DNA of 36,808 nt from Polyangiales bacterium (GTDB lineage: Bacteria > Myxococcota_A > Polyangia > Polyangiales > Houyiibacteriaceae), in assembly GCA_045106895.1 (NCBI GenBank), contig JBGCFM010000185.1:1-36808 (forward strand). The letters run 5' to 3'. Position 1 is the first letter of the stretch. Every line of letters starts with the position of its first letter. Both the position numbers and the translations under genes were made by a program. The notes below the pieces were generated by a model that worked only from the letters and a program-made list of their open reading frames with translations, made no database searches and had not been told where the DNA came from. Positions 8,575-17,194 of this stretch are shown here, in pieces.

Positions 8575-10380
8575 ATGGACGAGCTCTGGGTGGACCCCAT
8601 CGGTGCCGGGCGCGCGGCTCTTGCACGAACACGGGAGAGCGCAGTGCAGCCCGCCTTGCCTGCGACGCTCATTTCCGCCGCGGGGGAACTCGATCTCGAT
8701 GAATCAGACCTCGCACTCGGCGTTGAGCTCGCGCGTCTCGCGCCCAAAGAGCATGGCGAGGCTGTCCTCTATCTTGTGACAGCGCTCCGGGCGGCCGAGC
8801 GGCAAGGCTCAACACGCGTTCGCCTCGTCGGCGATCCGCTTTTCGAGGCCCTCGGCTTTTCTCCATCGTCATGCGCGTTTGCCGAGGCTCTTGAGACGAA
8901 CGTCGTCGAGCTCCACCCACTCGTCTCAAAGGATGGTGGCGCACCCCTCATCGCCCACGGAGGACACCTCTACTCCGGGCGCTCTTTCGCACGCGAACGT
9001 CGCGTCGCCACAGCTCTTCAGGTCCGCCTCGCCGCCGCCGTCGTGAACGCTAGCTCGGATTCTGAGGACACGTCTCTCGATGACGCCGACGCACATCTCA
9101 CCCTCGAACAGCGTGCCGCGGTTCACGCCGCCACCACGCGTCGCATCGCACTCGTGAGCGGTGGTCCTGGGACGGGCAAGACCTCCATCGTCGTCGCCAT
9201 GATCCGTCGCCTCCTCGCCGCCGGCGTCGCGAGCGACGAAATCGCCCTCGCGGCTCCCACGGGGCGAGCCGCGGACCGAATGCTGCGCTCCGTGCAGAAG
9301 GGCGGAATCGAAGCGGAGCTCAAGGCCCAGACGCTGCATCGCCTTCTCGGGTACTCGATGGCGATTCGTGGGTTTCGACACCACGAAGACAACCCCGTTC
9401 AGGCGCGCGTCGTCATCGTCGATGAGAGCTCCATGGTCGATCTCGCCATGTTCGACTCACTTCTCCGTGCGCTCGCTCCCGATACCTCGTTGGTGTTGCT
9501 CGGTGACGCAGACCAGCTTCCCTCCGTCGATGCCGGCGCTGTGTTTCGCGACCTCTGCGAGCACCTCGAAGGACAAGGCGCGCTCACGACGCTCACCCAT
9601 AGTTTTCGAATGAACACGGAAGACGCCGACGGCTCCGAGGTCTACGAGCTGGCCCAGGGCGCGAATGCGGGCGGACCCTTAGCGATCAAGGCGCGAAGAC
9701 AAACGAGCGAGCTACGTTTCGCCGGGGCCGAACTCTTGCCGCTCGATGAGCGAAACGCGTTTTTGGAGCGGTGGTGGGACCTTGTTGCACCGGACCCACG
9801 CTTTGCGTTGCGTTCCTACGTCACGCCTTTCAGCGAAGCGGACCTCGAGGTGCTCGAGGCAGGATTCGCCGCCGCAGACGCGAGCCGCCTGCTGGCACTC
9901 ACGCACTCGTCCCAGTGCGGAACGATCGCCCTGAACGAGGCGATGCACAAACGGGCGCAGCCGAACGGGAAACGCTCCTGGGCACAGGGTGAGCCCGTCA
10001 TGATGAAGCGTAACGACTACGAGCTTGGGCTCTTCAATGGAGACCAAGGCATTCTTCTTCGCGTGGCGGGCAAGCGGAGCGTCGTCTTTCGTTCCGGTGA
10101 CACGTTTCGCGCCTTCGCCCTCGAACTCGTGGCGCCGCAATTGGAACTCGCTTGGTGTACGACGGTCCACAAAGCGCAGGGCTCAGAATACGAGCGCATC
10201 GCCCTCGCGCTCCCGGAAGAGAGCTCCCTCGGCACGCGCGAGATCATCTACACGGCCGTGACCCGCGCCCGCCGTGGCGCGCTCATCCTCGCGAACGCCG
10301 CTGCACTCGATCGCATGTTGGCCAAGCGCATTGCACGGGAATCAGGCTTGCAAAGTCGCCTCATGTCGTTTCAAGGCTGA
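8575..10380 (+). CDS. recD: Exodeoxyribonuclease V alpha subunit (RecD)-like SF1B helicase
   Basis: GGPGTGKT, LAAPTGRAA, TLHRLLG, DESSMVD, LGDADQLPSV, NDYELGLFNGDQG, TVHKAQGSEY, YTAVTRAR. Start moved to ATG 8575. Confidence 0.9.
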   Translation: MDELWVDPIGAGRAALARTRESAVQPALPATLISAAGELDLDESDLALGVELARLAPKEHGEAVLYLVTALRAAERQGSTRVRLVGDPLFEALGFSPSSCAFAEALETNVVELHPLVSKDGGAPLIAHGGHLYSGRSFARERRVATALQVRLAAAVVNASSDSEDTSLDDADAHLTLEQRAAVHAATTRRIALVSGGPGTGKTSIVVAMIRRLLAAGVASDEIALAAPTGRAADRMLRSVQKGGIEAELKAQTLHRLLGYSMAIRGFRHHEDNPVQARVVIVDESSMVDLAMFDSLLRALAPDTSLVLLGDADQLPSVDAGAVFRDLCEHLEGQGALTTLTHSFRMNTEDADGSEVYELAQGANAGGPLAIKARRQTSELRFAGAELLPLDERNAFLERWWDLVAPDPRFALRSYVTPFSEADLEVLEAGFAAADASRLLALTHSSQCGTIALNEAMHKRAQPNGKRSWAQGEPVMMKRNDYELGLFNGDQGILLRVAGKRSVVFRSGDTFRAFALELVAPQLELAWCTTVHKAQGSEYERIALALPEESSLGTREIIYTAVTRARRGALILANAAALDRMLAKRIARESGLQSRLMSFQG

Positions 10381-10443
10381 GTCCATCCGGTTCGCAGGGA
10401 GAACACTCCGTGTCGCCCATCGTGTGAGCCGCAGCGTGGGCGT

Positions 10444-12123
10444 ATGCTCGACGAAGCAAGCATCGCCGTGGCAGCCTTCGGCGATGAATCTTCTCGAAGT
10501 GTGGAGCGTTCATTGAGCCCCATCGCCTGGGTCGCACTGGGTTTAGTCGGCGCGTGCGTTGTTTGGTTCCTTCGCCGCCGGGATCCGAAGCCGGTGAAAA
10601 CAGGGCGCGTAGCGGCTCAACGCTCGTTCTGTGAACCCTCGCTCTTTGATGCAGCCGCGGATGGGAACGTAGAGCGCGTGCGAACACTGATTCCCCACTG
10701 CGACCTATCGCTTCGGTCGGCGGATTGGGTTTCCCCGCTCGGCGCTGCCATCGCGAACGGACACGGTGATGTGGTTGAGCTGCTCCTCGACGCCGGCGCG
10801 GATGTGAACGCGGCGGCGGTCGAAGACCGGCCCCCGCTTTTCCTCGCCGCGCTCGCTGGGCAGCCGCAGATTGCACGCCTCTTGCTTCATCGTGGCGCGG
10901 AGATCACCCACGCAGACCCGGTCGGCGGTACTGCATTGTCCGCAGCGCTCGCTCAAAGCGATGAGGCGACGGTAGAGGTGCTGCTGGAAGCCGGGATCCC
11001 TTTGGACATCCCCAACACAGGAGGTGCGCGGGCACTTCACATCGCGGCGTATCTGGGTGAGCTTCAGATGACGAAGGTGCTGCTTGAGCGCGGAGCGGAG
11101 CCAGATCGCCCGAACTTTCAAGGCGGCACACCGCTGCGCTCGGCGGCGTCCATGGGCCACACGTCGATCGTGCGCCATCTCCTGGAGCTGGGCGCGGACC
11201 CGGCGCCACTCGATTCCTTCGGCAAGTATCCTGCCGACTACGCAAAGGAAGCGGGTCATAGCGCGCTCGGCGAGCTGTTGGCCGCTGCGGCTCCCGTCGA
11301 AACGTCGCTGCCGGCGAGGCCACTCGCAGCGCCCCTTGCTCATTGCTTGCCGCCCCGAACAGACGCCACGTTGGGGCCTGTCCAGGAGGCTTTTCAACAG
11401 GGCTACGGTCTGGCTCAAGCCGCGGCGAGCGCCCTCGAAGCACCAAGCATGATCGCCTCAGTTCGCGCCGCCGTTGGGGACACCTTCGCGATCAGCTTCC
11501 CAGGAGGGGGCGACCCCGACGCTCGTGTTTCTACGCGTCCCGTCGAGCTCTTGCTCTGGACCTACGAGCACGGCGGTGAGCTGACAAACGAGGCGCGACC
11601 CGGACTACCGGCACCTGCCCCGGAACAAAGCGCTCTTGTCGCGGGCCTCGCCGAGTACCCGTACAACCTTCGCGTGTGGTCCAAGCGCGCGGCCGCGCTC
11701 GCGTCAGAACTGGGCCCCGAAGACCTCAAAGGCGTTGCGGCCGTGATGGTTCATCCGCCGAGCGCGCCGGAGTACCTACAGACCTGGGACTGGGCCTTTC
11801 GCGTGCAAGTTGCCAGCGCCCTCATCATCTCTCACCTCGCGTGCGAGAGTTGGACGGGGTCTCCTCCGCAACAAGCCCTCGAGGATATTGTCGACGGGCC
11901 CGCCGACTGGGCCATCGGCGCGGTGATCGTGGCGCTCTACGACCGAGCTTGCCGCGACCAGGACGCTCGCGCGTCGGTCGTCGAGGCGCTGCTTCGATGC
12001 GCGCGCCGGGAGGTGACGCCGCCGATCTACCAACATATTGTCGCTCCGGCAGTACACGCGCTGCTCCAACTCGACGTGGACGAAGGCGTCCGGCAGGAGA
12101 TGCTGGCGCTGCTCCTCGACTGA
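10444..12123 (+). CDS. Membrane-anchored ankyrin repeat protein with unknown C-terminal domain
   Basis: N-terminal TM (IAWVALGLVGACVVWFL) and about six ankyrin repeats (xPLxxAxxxGxxxxVxLLLxxGAD). Start uncertain; TTG 10514 is an alternative. Confidence 0.85.
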   Translation: MLDEASIAVAAFGDESSRSVERSLSPIAWVALGLVGACVVWFLRRRDPKPVKTGRVAAQRSFCEPSLFDAAADGNVERVRTLIPHCDLSLRSADWVSPLGAAIANGHGDVVELLLDAGADVNAAAVEDRPPLFLAALAGQPQIARLLLHRGAEITHADPVGGTALSAALAQSDEATVEVLLEAGIPLDIPNTGGARALHIAAYLGELQMTKVLLERGAEPDRPNFQGGTPLRSAASMGHTSIVRHLLELGADPAPLDSFGKYPADYAKEAGHSALGELLAAAAPVETSLPARPLAAPLAHCLPPRTDATLGPVQEAFQQGYGLAQAAASALEAPSMIASVRAAVGDTFAISFPGGGDPDARVSTRPVELLLWTYEHGGELTNEARPGLPAPAPEQSALVAGLAEYPYNLRVWSKRAAALASELGPEDLKGVAAVMVHPPSAPEYLQTWDWAFRVQVASALIISHLACESWTGSPPQQALEDIVDGPADWAIGAVIVALYDRACRDQDARASVVEALLRCARREVTPPIYQHIVAPAVHALLQLDVDEGVRQEMLALLLD

Positions 12124-12166
12124 GCTGTCGCATTGCAATAGCGCTGCTGCGGTGCTCCTATCCTGC

Positions 12167-13465
12167 ATGGCGAAGCCTCCGGTCGAATACAACCTGGTGC
12201 ACGAGGACGGACGCGAGGAGCGGGTCGAAGTCTTCGCTAAGACAGTCCGGGTTGCGCAACTCGAAGGCGGAGAAGTCGTGGGCGAAACCGAGCAAGTGCA
12301 TCGCTTTGCTCCCCAGGCCAGGGAAGCCGCGAAGGCTTACGTTTGGAACGCGCGGGAGCGCGGGTTCCTGGAACGCGCTCCCCACGCGGACCCACCGCCA
12401 GCGGAGCCTGCTCAGCCAACAATGCTCATTCGTTACCGCGTGACCAAGACCGGCGGAGTCACGACCACTTACCTTCAAGACGGTAGGCGCTTGCGATCCA
12501 ATGATGCGATCCAGGAGTTTGAGAGCGAAGAGGAGGCATCGTTCGCTCTCGAGCGCATGATCCGACCTGCCGAGAATAAGACCATCGACAAAGAAAACGT
12601 GAGCCGGGACGAAGCCGGGCTCTCAGGCTTGCCGCTGACGGACATGTTCATTGAGAACGCGATTCTCTACGAGCACAGCGAAGCCGACGGCAGGGCGACG
12701 GTTCAGTTTCGAGAGTCTGCAAAGGACCCAGCGCGATATGCGCCTTTGATCGCGAGCCTAGGCCAAAGCCGAGCTACCACGCTTCTCCTCACCTGCGAAG
12801 ACCACGACTCCCCAAAGGATGCGTGGGCCGCCGCACTCGGTGGAACGAAGCTACCGTTTACGAACTTGGCCTTTGACACCCAGTGGGAGTCTCTCAGCGA
12901 GCAGCAAGAGCACTCCCTCGGCGACCTCTCGCTGACACTCGCGAGCGTGCCCAAGGTCGAGCGAATGTTTATCAGCGGAGGCATCACCACTTCGCCGCTG
13001 TCGCACGCAAATCTCCGGGAACTCTACCTCTTGGGCGACCCGCTCCATGCGTCGGTGCTCGACGCTCTCGGCCGCTCCACGCTCCCGGCGCTTCAGAAGC
13101 TCGTATTGTGTGTGCGCCAAGAAGGCGTCGCCGAAGATGACGCGCTCATCTTGAAGGCCCTTCGTGGCCTTGACGCCCCAGCGCTGAGCGTCGTGTGTCT
13201 CTACGGGACCAGCGAAGCCATCAAGACCGCGGCGCAGCTGGCCAATGAAAACCCGTCCGTCCGGGCGCTCGCCGTGGATGGCCCCATCACAGACGGGCAG
13301 CTCGAATCGCTCACCGAGGCTGAGCTGGGGCCTCTATCCACGCTCGCCTATCTTGAGTTCGCGTTCGAAGGGTTCGAGCCGCCGCCGGTTATAAGCGAGC
13401 GCGTGCCTCGTCTCCACACGCTCAACCCCAACCGCATTCTCCCGACAGAATACCAGAGCTGGTAG
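12167..13465 (+). CDS. Hypothetical protein with two WGR-like N-terminal units and a leucine-rich-repeat-like C-terminus
   Basis: 'EFESEEEASFALERMIR' and 'AKAYVWNARERGF' resemble WGR domain ends. LRR-like stretches include 'LSHANLRELYLLG' and 'LPALQKLVLC'. Start at ATG 12167. Confidence 0.6.
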   Translation: MAKPPVEYNLVHEDGREERVEVFAKTVRVAQLEGGEVVGETEQVHRFAPQAREAAKAYVWNARERGFLERAPHADPPPAEPAQPTMLIRYRVTKTGGVTTTYLQDGRRLRSNDAIQEFESEEEASFALERMIRPAENKTIDKENVSRDEAGLSGLPLTDMFIENAILYEHSEADGRATVQFRESAKDPARYAPLIASLGQSRATTLLLTCEDHDSPKDAWAAALGGTKLPFTNLAFDTQWESLSEQQEHSLGDLSLTLASVPKVERMFISGGITTSPLSHANLRELYLLGDPLHASVLDALGRSTLPALQKLVLCVRQEGVAEDDALILKALRGLDAPALSVVCLYGTSEAIKTAAQLANENPSVRALAVDGPITDGQLESLTEAELGPLSTLAYLEFAFEGFEPPPVISERVPRLHTLNPNRILPTEYQSW

Positions 13466-13476
13466 AGGCTCCGTAA

Positions 13477-13662
13477 CTAGTCGGACGAGTCCGTGACGTC
13501 CGACTCAACAGGTTCGAAGCATCGACACGCGATGACCGGAAGATTTGGGTACTTCGGCAGAGACGGGTGTTCGCAGAGCGAAAAGCGAGAGCCTCTCGCA
13601 CTGACGATCACGCGGGAAAATCTGCACCGGCGACAGAGGCCGGGGTTGACCGTGCGGAGCAC
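13477..13662 (-). CDS. Small Cys4 putative metal-binding protein
   Basis: GLCRRCRFSRVIVSARGSRFSLC...PKYPNLPVIAC. The GTG start overlaps the trxA stop codon (TAGTG). Confidence 0.7.
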   Translation of the reverse strand: MLRTVNPGLCRRCRFSRVIVSARGSRFSLCEHPSLPKYPNLPVIACRCFEPVESDVTDSSD

Positions 13663-14057
13663 TAGTGGTCGTGGTTGCATTCGCCGCGCGCGTGCGCTTC
13701 GGCGTGCTCTTTGATCTCGCGGTGGACCTCTGCCATGTCCATCTTCGTCGCCTGCTCGATCACGTCTTCAAGACCGGCAGGCGGAAGCGCGCCGGAGTGA
13801 CGGAACAAAAGGACTTGCTCGCGAAAGAGCATGATCGTGGGAATCGACTGGATCTGGAACCCCTGGGCGAGCTCTTGCTGTGCCTCGGTGTCCACCTTGG
13901 CGAAGGTGATCTCTTCGTGTTTTTCGGCCGCGGCGGCGAACACAGGGGCGAATGCTTTGCAGGGTCCACACCACTCGGCCCAGAAGTCGACGACGACGAT
14001 CCCTCCGGTTTCGATGGCTTCTTTGAGGGTCTCGGTGTTTGCGTCGATAAGTGGCAT
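13662..14057 (-). CDS. trxA: Thioredoxin with His-rich C-terminal tail
   Basis: VVDFWAEWCGPCK, FAKVDTE, IQSIPT; tail EHAEAHARGECNHDH. Start at ATG 14057. Confidence 0.93.
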   Translation of the reverse strand: MPLIDANTETLKEAIETGGIVVVDFWAEWCGPCKAFAPVFAAAAEKHEEITFAKVDTEAQQELAQGFQIQSIPTIMLFREQVLLFRHSGALPPAGLEDVIEQATKMDMAEVHREIKEHAEAHARGECNHDH

Positions 14058-14127
14058 GGCAAGTGCGTAACACGCTTTTTGTGCTCGTGCTCTTCCCGAA
14101 AAACGCGATTCCACACATACTAGGGGA

Positions 14128-15750
14128 ATGATGCGCGCCGTTCTTCTTGGGGTTGTGACTCTGCTCGTCATCGGTGGCTGCGACGGTTCCATCGGAGACG
14201 TCGGAATCGAGGACCCAACAATTCGCGACCCGGATAACCCGGATAACCCGGACAACCCCGCGAGCAACGACCCTCGTTTCCATTTCGAGCCGACGGGGGA
14301 GGACCTTCGTCCCGGCCTCCGGCGCCTCACCGTCGCCCAGCTCCGCAACACCTGGGAGTACATCTCGGGCGTTCGCCCAGACCTGTCAGCATTGCCCGCG
14401 GACGACGAACTCCTCAGCATCGCCAACGACGCGTCGCGTCTCACGGTTCGTGACGCTGCCTACATGCAGACGCTTCTTCGCGTAGCCACGGATAGCGCCG
14501 GCGCGGCCGACCTCGATGCGACGATTCCGTGCGTGGGGGCCTGCACGTCGAGCGAGCTCCGAGACTTTTTGGAGCGCGCCTTCGCTCATCCTGTCGGCGA
14601 CGTCCAGCTCGCTCCTTACGAGGAGCGTTACGCCGACGCTGCGGGCCGCTTCGATGCGGACTTCGGCCGTCGTGTCGTGCTTCAGATGGCGCTCATCTCT
14701 CCTTCGGTGATCTACCGAACGGAGATCGGCGAGGACGGCGTGCTCACGGCGCATGAGCTGGCGGAAAAGCTCGCCTACTTCCTGACAGACTCGCCCCCGG
14801 ACGACATGCTCCGCGCAGTCGCCGCCGACGATTCGATTTTGAATGCCGATGTCAGAAGCGCTCAGGTCGAACGACTTCTCGCAACGAACGAAGTTCGGGC
14901 CCGGGTCCAGGACTTCTTCTTCGACTGGTTGGGTCTCGACCACGCTGACCTTGACGCACGCATCGGCGCCGATGAGCTGCCCGAAGGAAGCGCCGAAGCG
15001 ATGGAGCAAGAGGTACGCCTCCTCATCGACAGCGTCATCTTCGATGGTGAAGGAAGCGTTCAAGACCTGCTTACGAACGAGACGACCTTTATCGATGAGC
15101 GACTCGCTGAGATCTACGGCATGAGCGCCCCCGCCGGGGGAGGGTTCGGCGAAGTCAGCTTAGAAGGCACAGAGCGACTCGGTCTACTCACAACCGGACT
15201 CGTGCTGATGGCGCACTCCAAGGAAGGCGGCCGCTCGCCGATGCAGCGCGGCAAGTTCATCGTCGACGAGGTGCTCTGCTACGGCTTCCCTTCGGACGCA
15301 GGTGAAGCCGCGATGACGCTCCCGGCGGACAGCGGTGACCTGACGTTCCGCGAGAAGTTTGGAAGTCTCGAAGTCCGCGAAGACTGCGCGAAGTGCCATC
15401 GCATGATCAACGTCGGCTTCGCCTTCGACCTCTTCGACAACGTCGGGCGACGCTGGGAAACGAGTTTCGTCGGGCCCGAAGACGCCACGGGCTCTTTCGA
15501 GCTCCGCCCCTTCCCCGTCTTCGAGTTCGGAAGCACCGCAGAAGCCATCCGCGGCATCGCCTCCCACGAAGCCCTCGGCCGTTGCTACAGCGCGCAGCTC
15601 TATCGTTTCGCCCAAGGCACGATCCCTGGCGTGGACGACGCCGCCGTCCTTGAATCCCTCGAAGCGCTCTTCGCCGAATCCGGGGGCGACGTCCTCGAGA
15701 GCCTTCGTCTCATCGCTAACTCAGACCGCTTCGCTGCGGCCGCCCAATAG
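14128..15750 (+). CDS. DUF1592/DUF1588-type lipoprotein with CxxCH heme motif
   Basis: Lipobox IGGC, LRRLT, 'ELAEKLAYFL..SPPD', 'FFFDWLGL', 'R.GLLT', 'SPMQRGKFI...LC', and CAKCH. Confidence 0.85.
   Translation: MMRAVLLGVVTLLVIGGCDGSIGDVGIEDPTIRDPDNPDNPDNPASNDPRFHFEPTGEDLRPGLRRLTVAQLRNTWEYISGVRPDLSALPADDELLSIANDASRLTVRDAAYMQTLLRVATDSAGAADLDATIPCVGACTSSELRDFLERAFAHPVGDVQLAPYEERYADAAGRFDADFGRRVVLQMALISPSVIYRTEIGEDGVLTAHELAEKLAYFLTDSPPDDMLRAVAADDSILNADVRSAQVERLLATNEVRARVQDFFFDWLGLDHADLDARIGADELPEGSAEAMEQEVRLLIDSVIFDGEGSVQDLLTNETTFIDERLAEIYGMSAPAGGGFGEVSLEGTERLGLLTTGLVLMAHSKEGGRSPMQRGKFIVDEVLCYGFPSDAGEAAMTLPADSGDLTFREKFGSLEVREDCAKCHRMINVGFAFDLFDNVGRRWETSFVGPEDATGSFELRPFPVFEFGSTAEAIRGIASHEALGRCYSAQLYRFAQGTIPGVDDAAVLESLEALFAESGGDVLESLRLIANSDRFAAAAQ
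14229..14259 (+). repeat. Intragenic 9-bp tandem repeat (PDN x3)
   Basis: CCGGATAAC CCGGATAAC CCGGACAAC in the lipoprotein linker. Confidence 0.8.
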
Positions 15751-15763
15751 AAGGAAGCGGACC

Positions 15764-17164
15764 ATGTCTAAATCAAAACGTCGCGACTTCCTTCGTAACT
15801 CCGCCCTCGCGGGCCTGCTCGCACCCGTGGCCATGTACTGGCGCGATGTCCCCGAAGCTCGCGCTCAGGATGACCGTACAAACCTGGTGCTCGTCTTTCT
15901 TCCCAACGGCAAGGTGGCGGAGAACCCGTTCTTGAACGCCGGCACGACGCCAAGCTTCGCCGACGGTTTCGAGCCTTACAACGACTACAGCGATCGGGTG
16001 ATCGCCTTCCGCGAGTACGGCTTTCAGGCCTTCATCAACGAAGAGTACCGCGGCGACCACGGCGGCCACATTGCACCTGGAGCGGTGATGTTCTCCGGGG
16101 ACATTCCCCACGTTGTCGACGGCACAGCGCGTGGCGCGCGGGCGCCGTCCATCGACCAGATCATCGCCAACGACTACCTCGCCCGGGGTCTCATCACCAA
16201 CCCCCTGCGCAAGTCTCTCAACATCAAGATGACCGGCGGCAGCTTTCGGCTCCCCACGCAGTTCTTTGCGACACCCGCGGGTTACACTCCCGGTGAGACC
16301 TACAACCGCGACATCGGCGGAGTGACGCAGTTCGGTCAACCTCAGGAGGGGTTCGATCTCCTCTTCGGCGACATCGCAGGCATGTCCGGAGGAGCCACCA
16401 TCGACGAACTCCGTGCTTACGGACGAAGCGTGCTGGATGTGCCAAGCGCGGAGCTCGAGGCAATTCGTCCACAGCTACCCAACGAAGGCCGCCTCATCCT
16501 CGATGAGCACCTTCAGTCCCTGCGAGAACTCGAGCTCAGCTTCGGCGACACTCCTCTCCCCGAAGGAGCTGTCATCCCCGAGGCGCCGGGCACTCTGAAC
16601 ACCGCCGTGGAGAACCACGAAGAGGTCTTCGACCATTGGGTTCGCGTCATCGACGCGGCGTTCCGTCTCGACCGAACGCGTATCGCAACGATTCAGTTTG
16701 GCGGCGTCGCCAGCCGCTTTCAGATCCCGGGTCTTGGCCTCGGGTTTGTCGGTGACGGCGCGGACAGCAACTCCGGCAGCGACCACCACAGCTACACGCA
16801 TTGGCGTCCTTCGGACGTACCGCGCTTCATGGATTGGTACGCCCAGCGCGTCTCATCGCTCCTTGGAACCCTCAGCGGAGGACCTGGCCGCGCCGATATG
16901 CTCGAGCGCTCCGCGGTCATGGTCGGAATGGAGTTCGGCCGAAACCACAACGCCCGCGACGTTCCCGTGACGCTCTTCGGTGAGTGCGGCGGTTACTACG
17001 ACACCGGCAAGGTTGTCACCTACGGCAATGAACTCGAGCACTACTCGAACCACACAGGCACGCTGCTTTCACTCGCGCGGGCCATGGGCGTCACGGACCT
17101 GCCTAAGGTTGGCCACGACAACATGGCCTACCACAGCGGCGTCCCCGACGCGCTTCGCCGCTAA
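15764..17164 (+). CDS. DUF1552 family protein with Tat signal
   Basis: RRDFL twin-arginine motif, 'VFLPNG', 'SIDQIIA', 'LDEHLQSLRELE', 'HHSYTH', 'EFG..HN..DVP..LFG'. AAGGAAG RBS upstream; canonical partner of the preceding gene. Confidence 0.87.
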   Translation: MSKSKRRDFLRNSALAGLLAPVAMYWRDVPEARAQDDRTNLVLVFLPNGKVAENPFLNAGTTPSFADGFEPYNDYSDRVIAFREYGFQAFINEEYRGDHGGHIAPGAVMFSGDIPHVVDGTARGARAPSIDQIIANDYLARGLITNPLRKSLNIKMTGGSFRLPTQFFATPAGYTPGETYNRDIGGVTQFGQPQEGFDLLFGDIAGMSGGATIDELRAYGRSVLDVPSAELEAIRPQLPNEGRLILDEHLQSLRELELSFGDTPLPEGAVIPEAPGTLNTAVENHEEVFDHWVRVIDAAFRLDRTRIATIQFGGVASRFQIPGLGLGFVGDGADSNSGSDHHSYTHWRPSDVPRFMDWYAQRVSSLLGTLSGGPGRADMLERSAVMVGMEFGRNHNARDVPVTLFGECGGYYDTGKVVTYGNELEHYSNHTGTLLSLARAMGVTDLPKVGHDNMAYHSGVPDALRR

Positions 17165-17172
17165 GCACCGAG

Positions 17173-17194
17173 CGCGCGGAGCTAGCTTCGCGCG
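17173..17194. terminator. GC-rich palindrome at convergent gene junction, possible bidirectional terminator
   Basis: CGCGCGGAGC-TA-GCTTCGCGCG overlapping the ABC-F stop codon; no U-tract. Confidence 0.3.

Noticed and set aside
8575..13465. Anti-phage defence island or prophage
   Set aside because: No nuclease, TIR/SIR2, toxin, integrase or phage structural gene was recognised; kept only as a low-interest lead.
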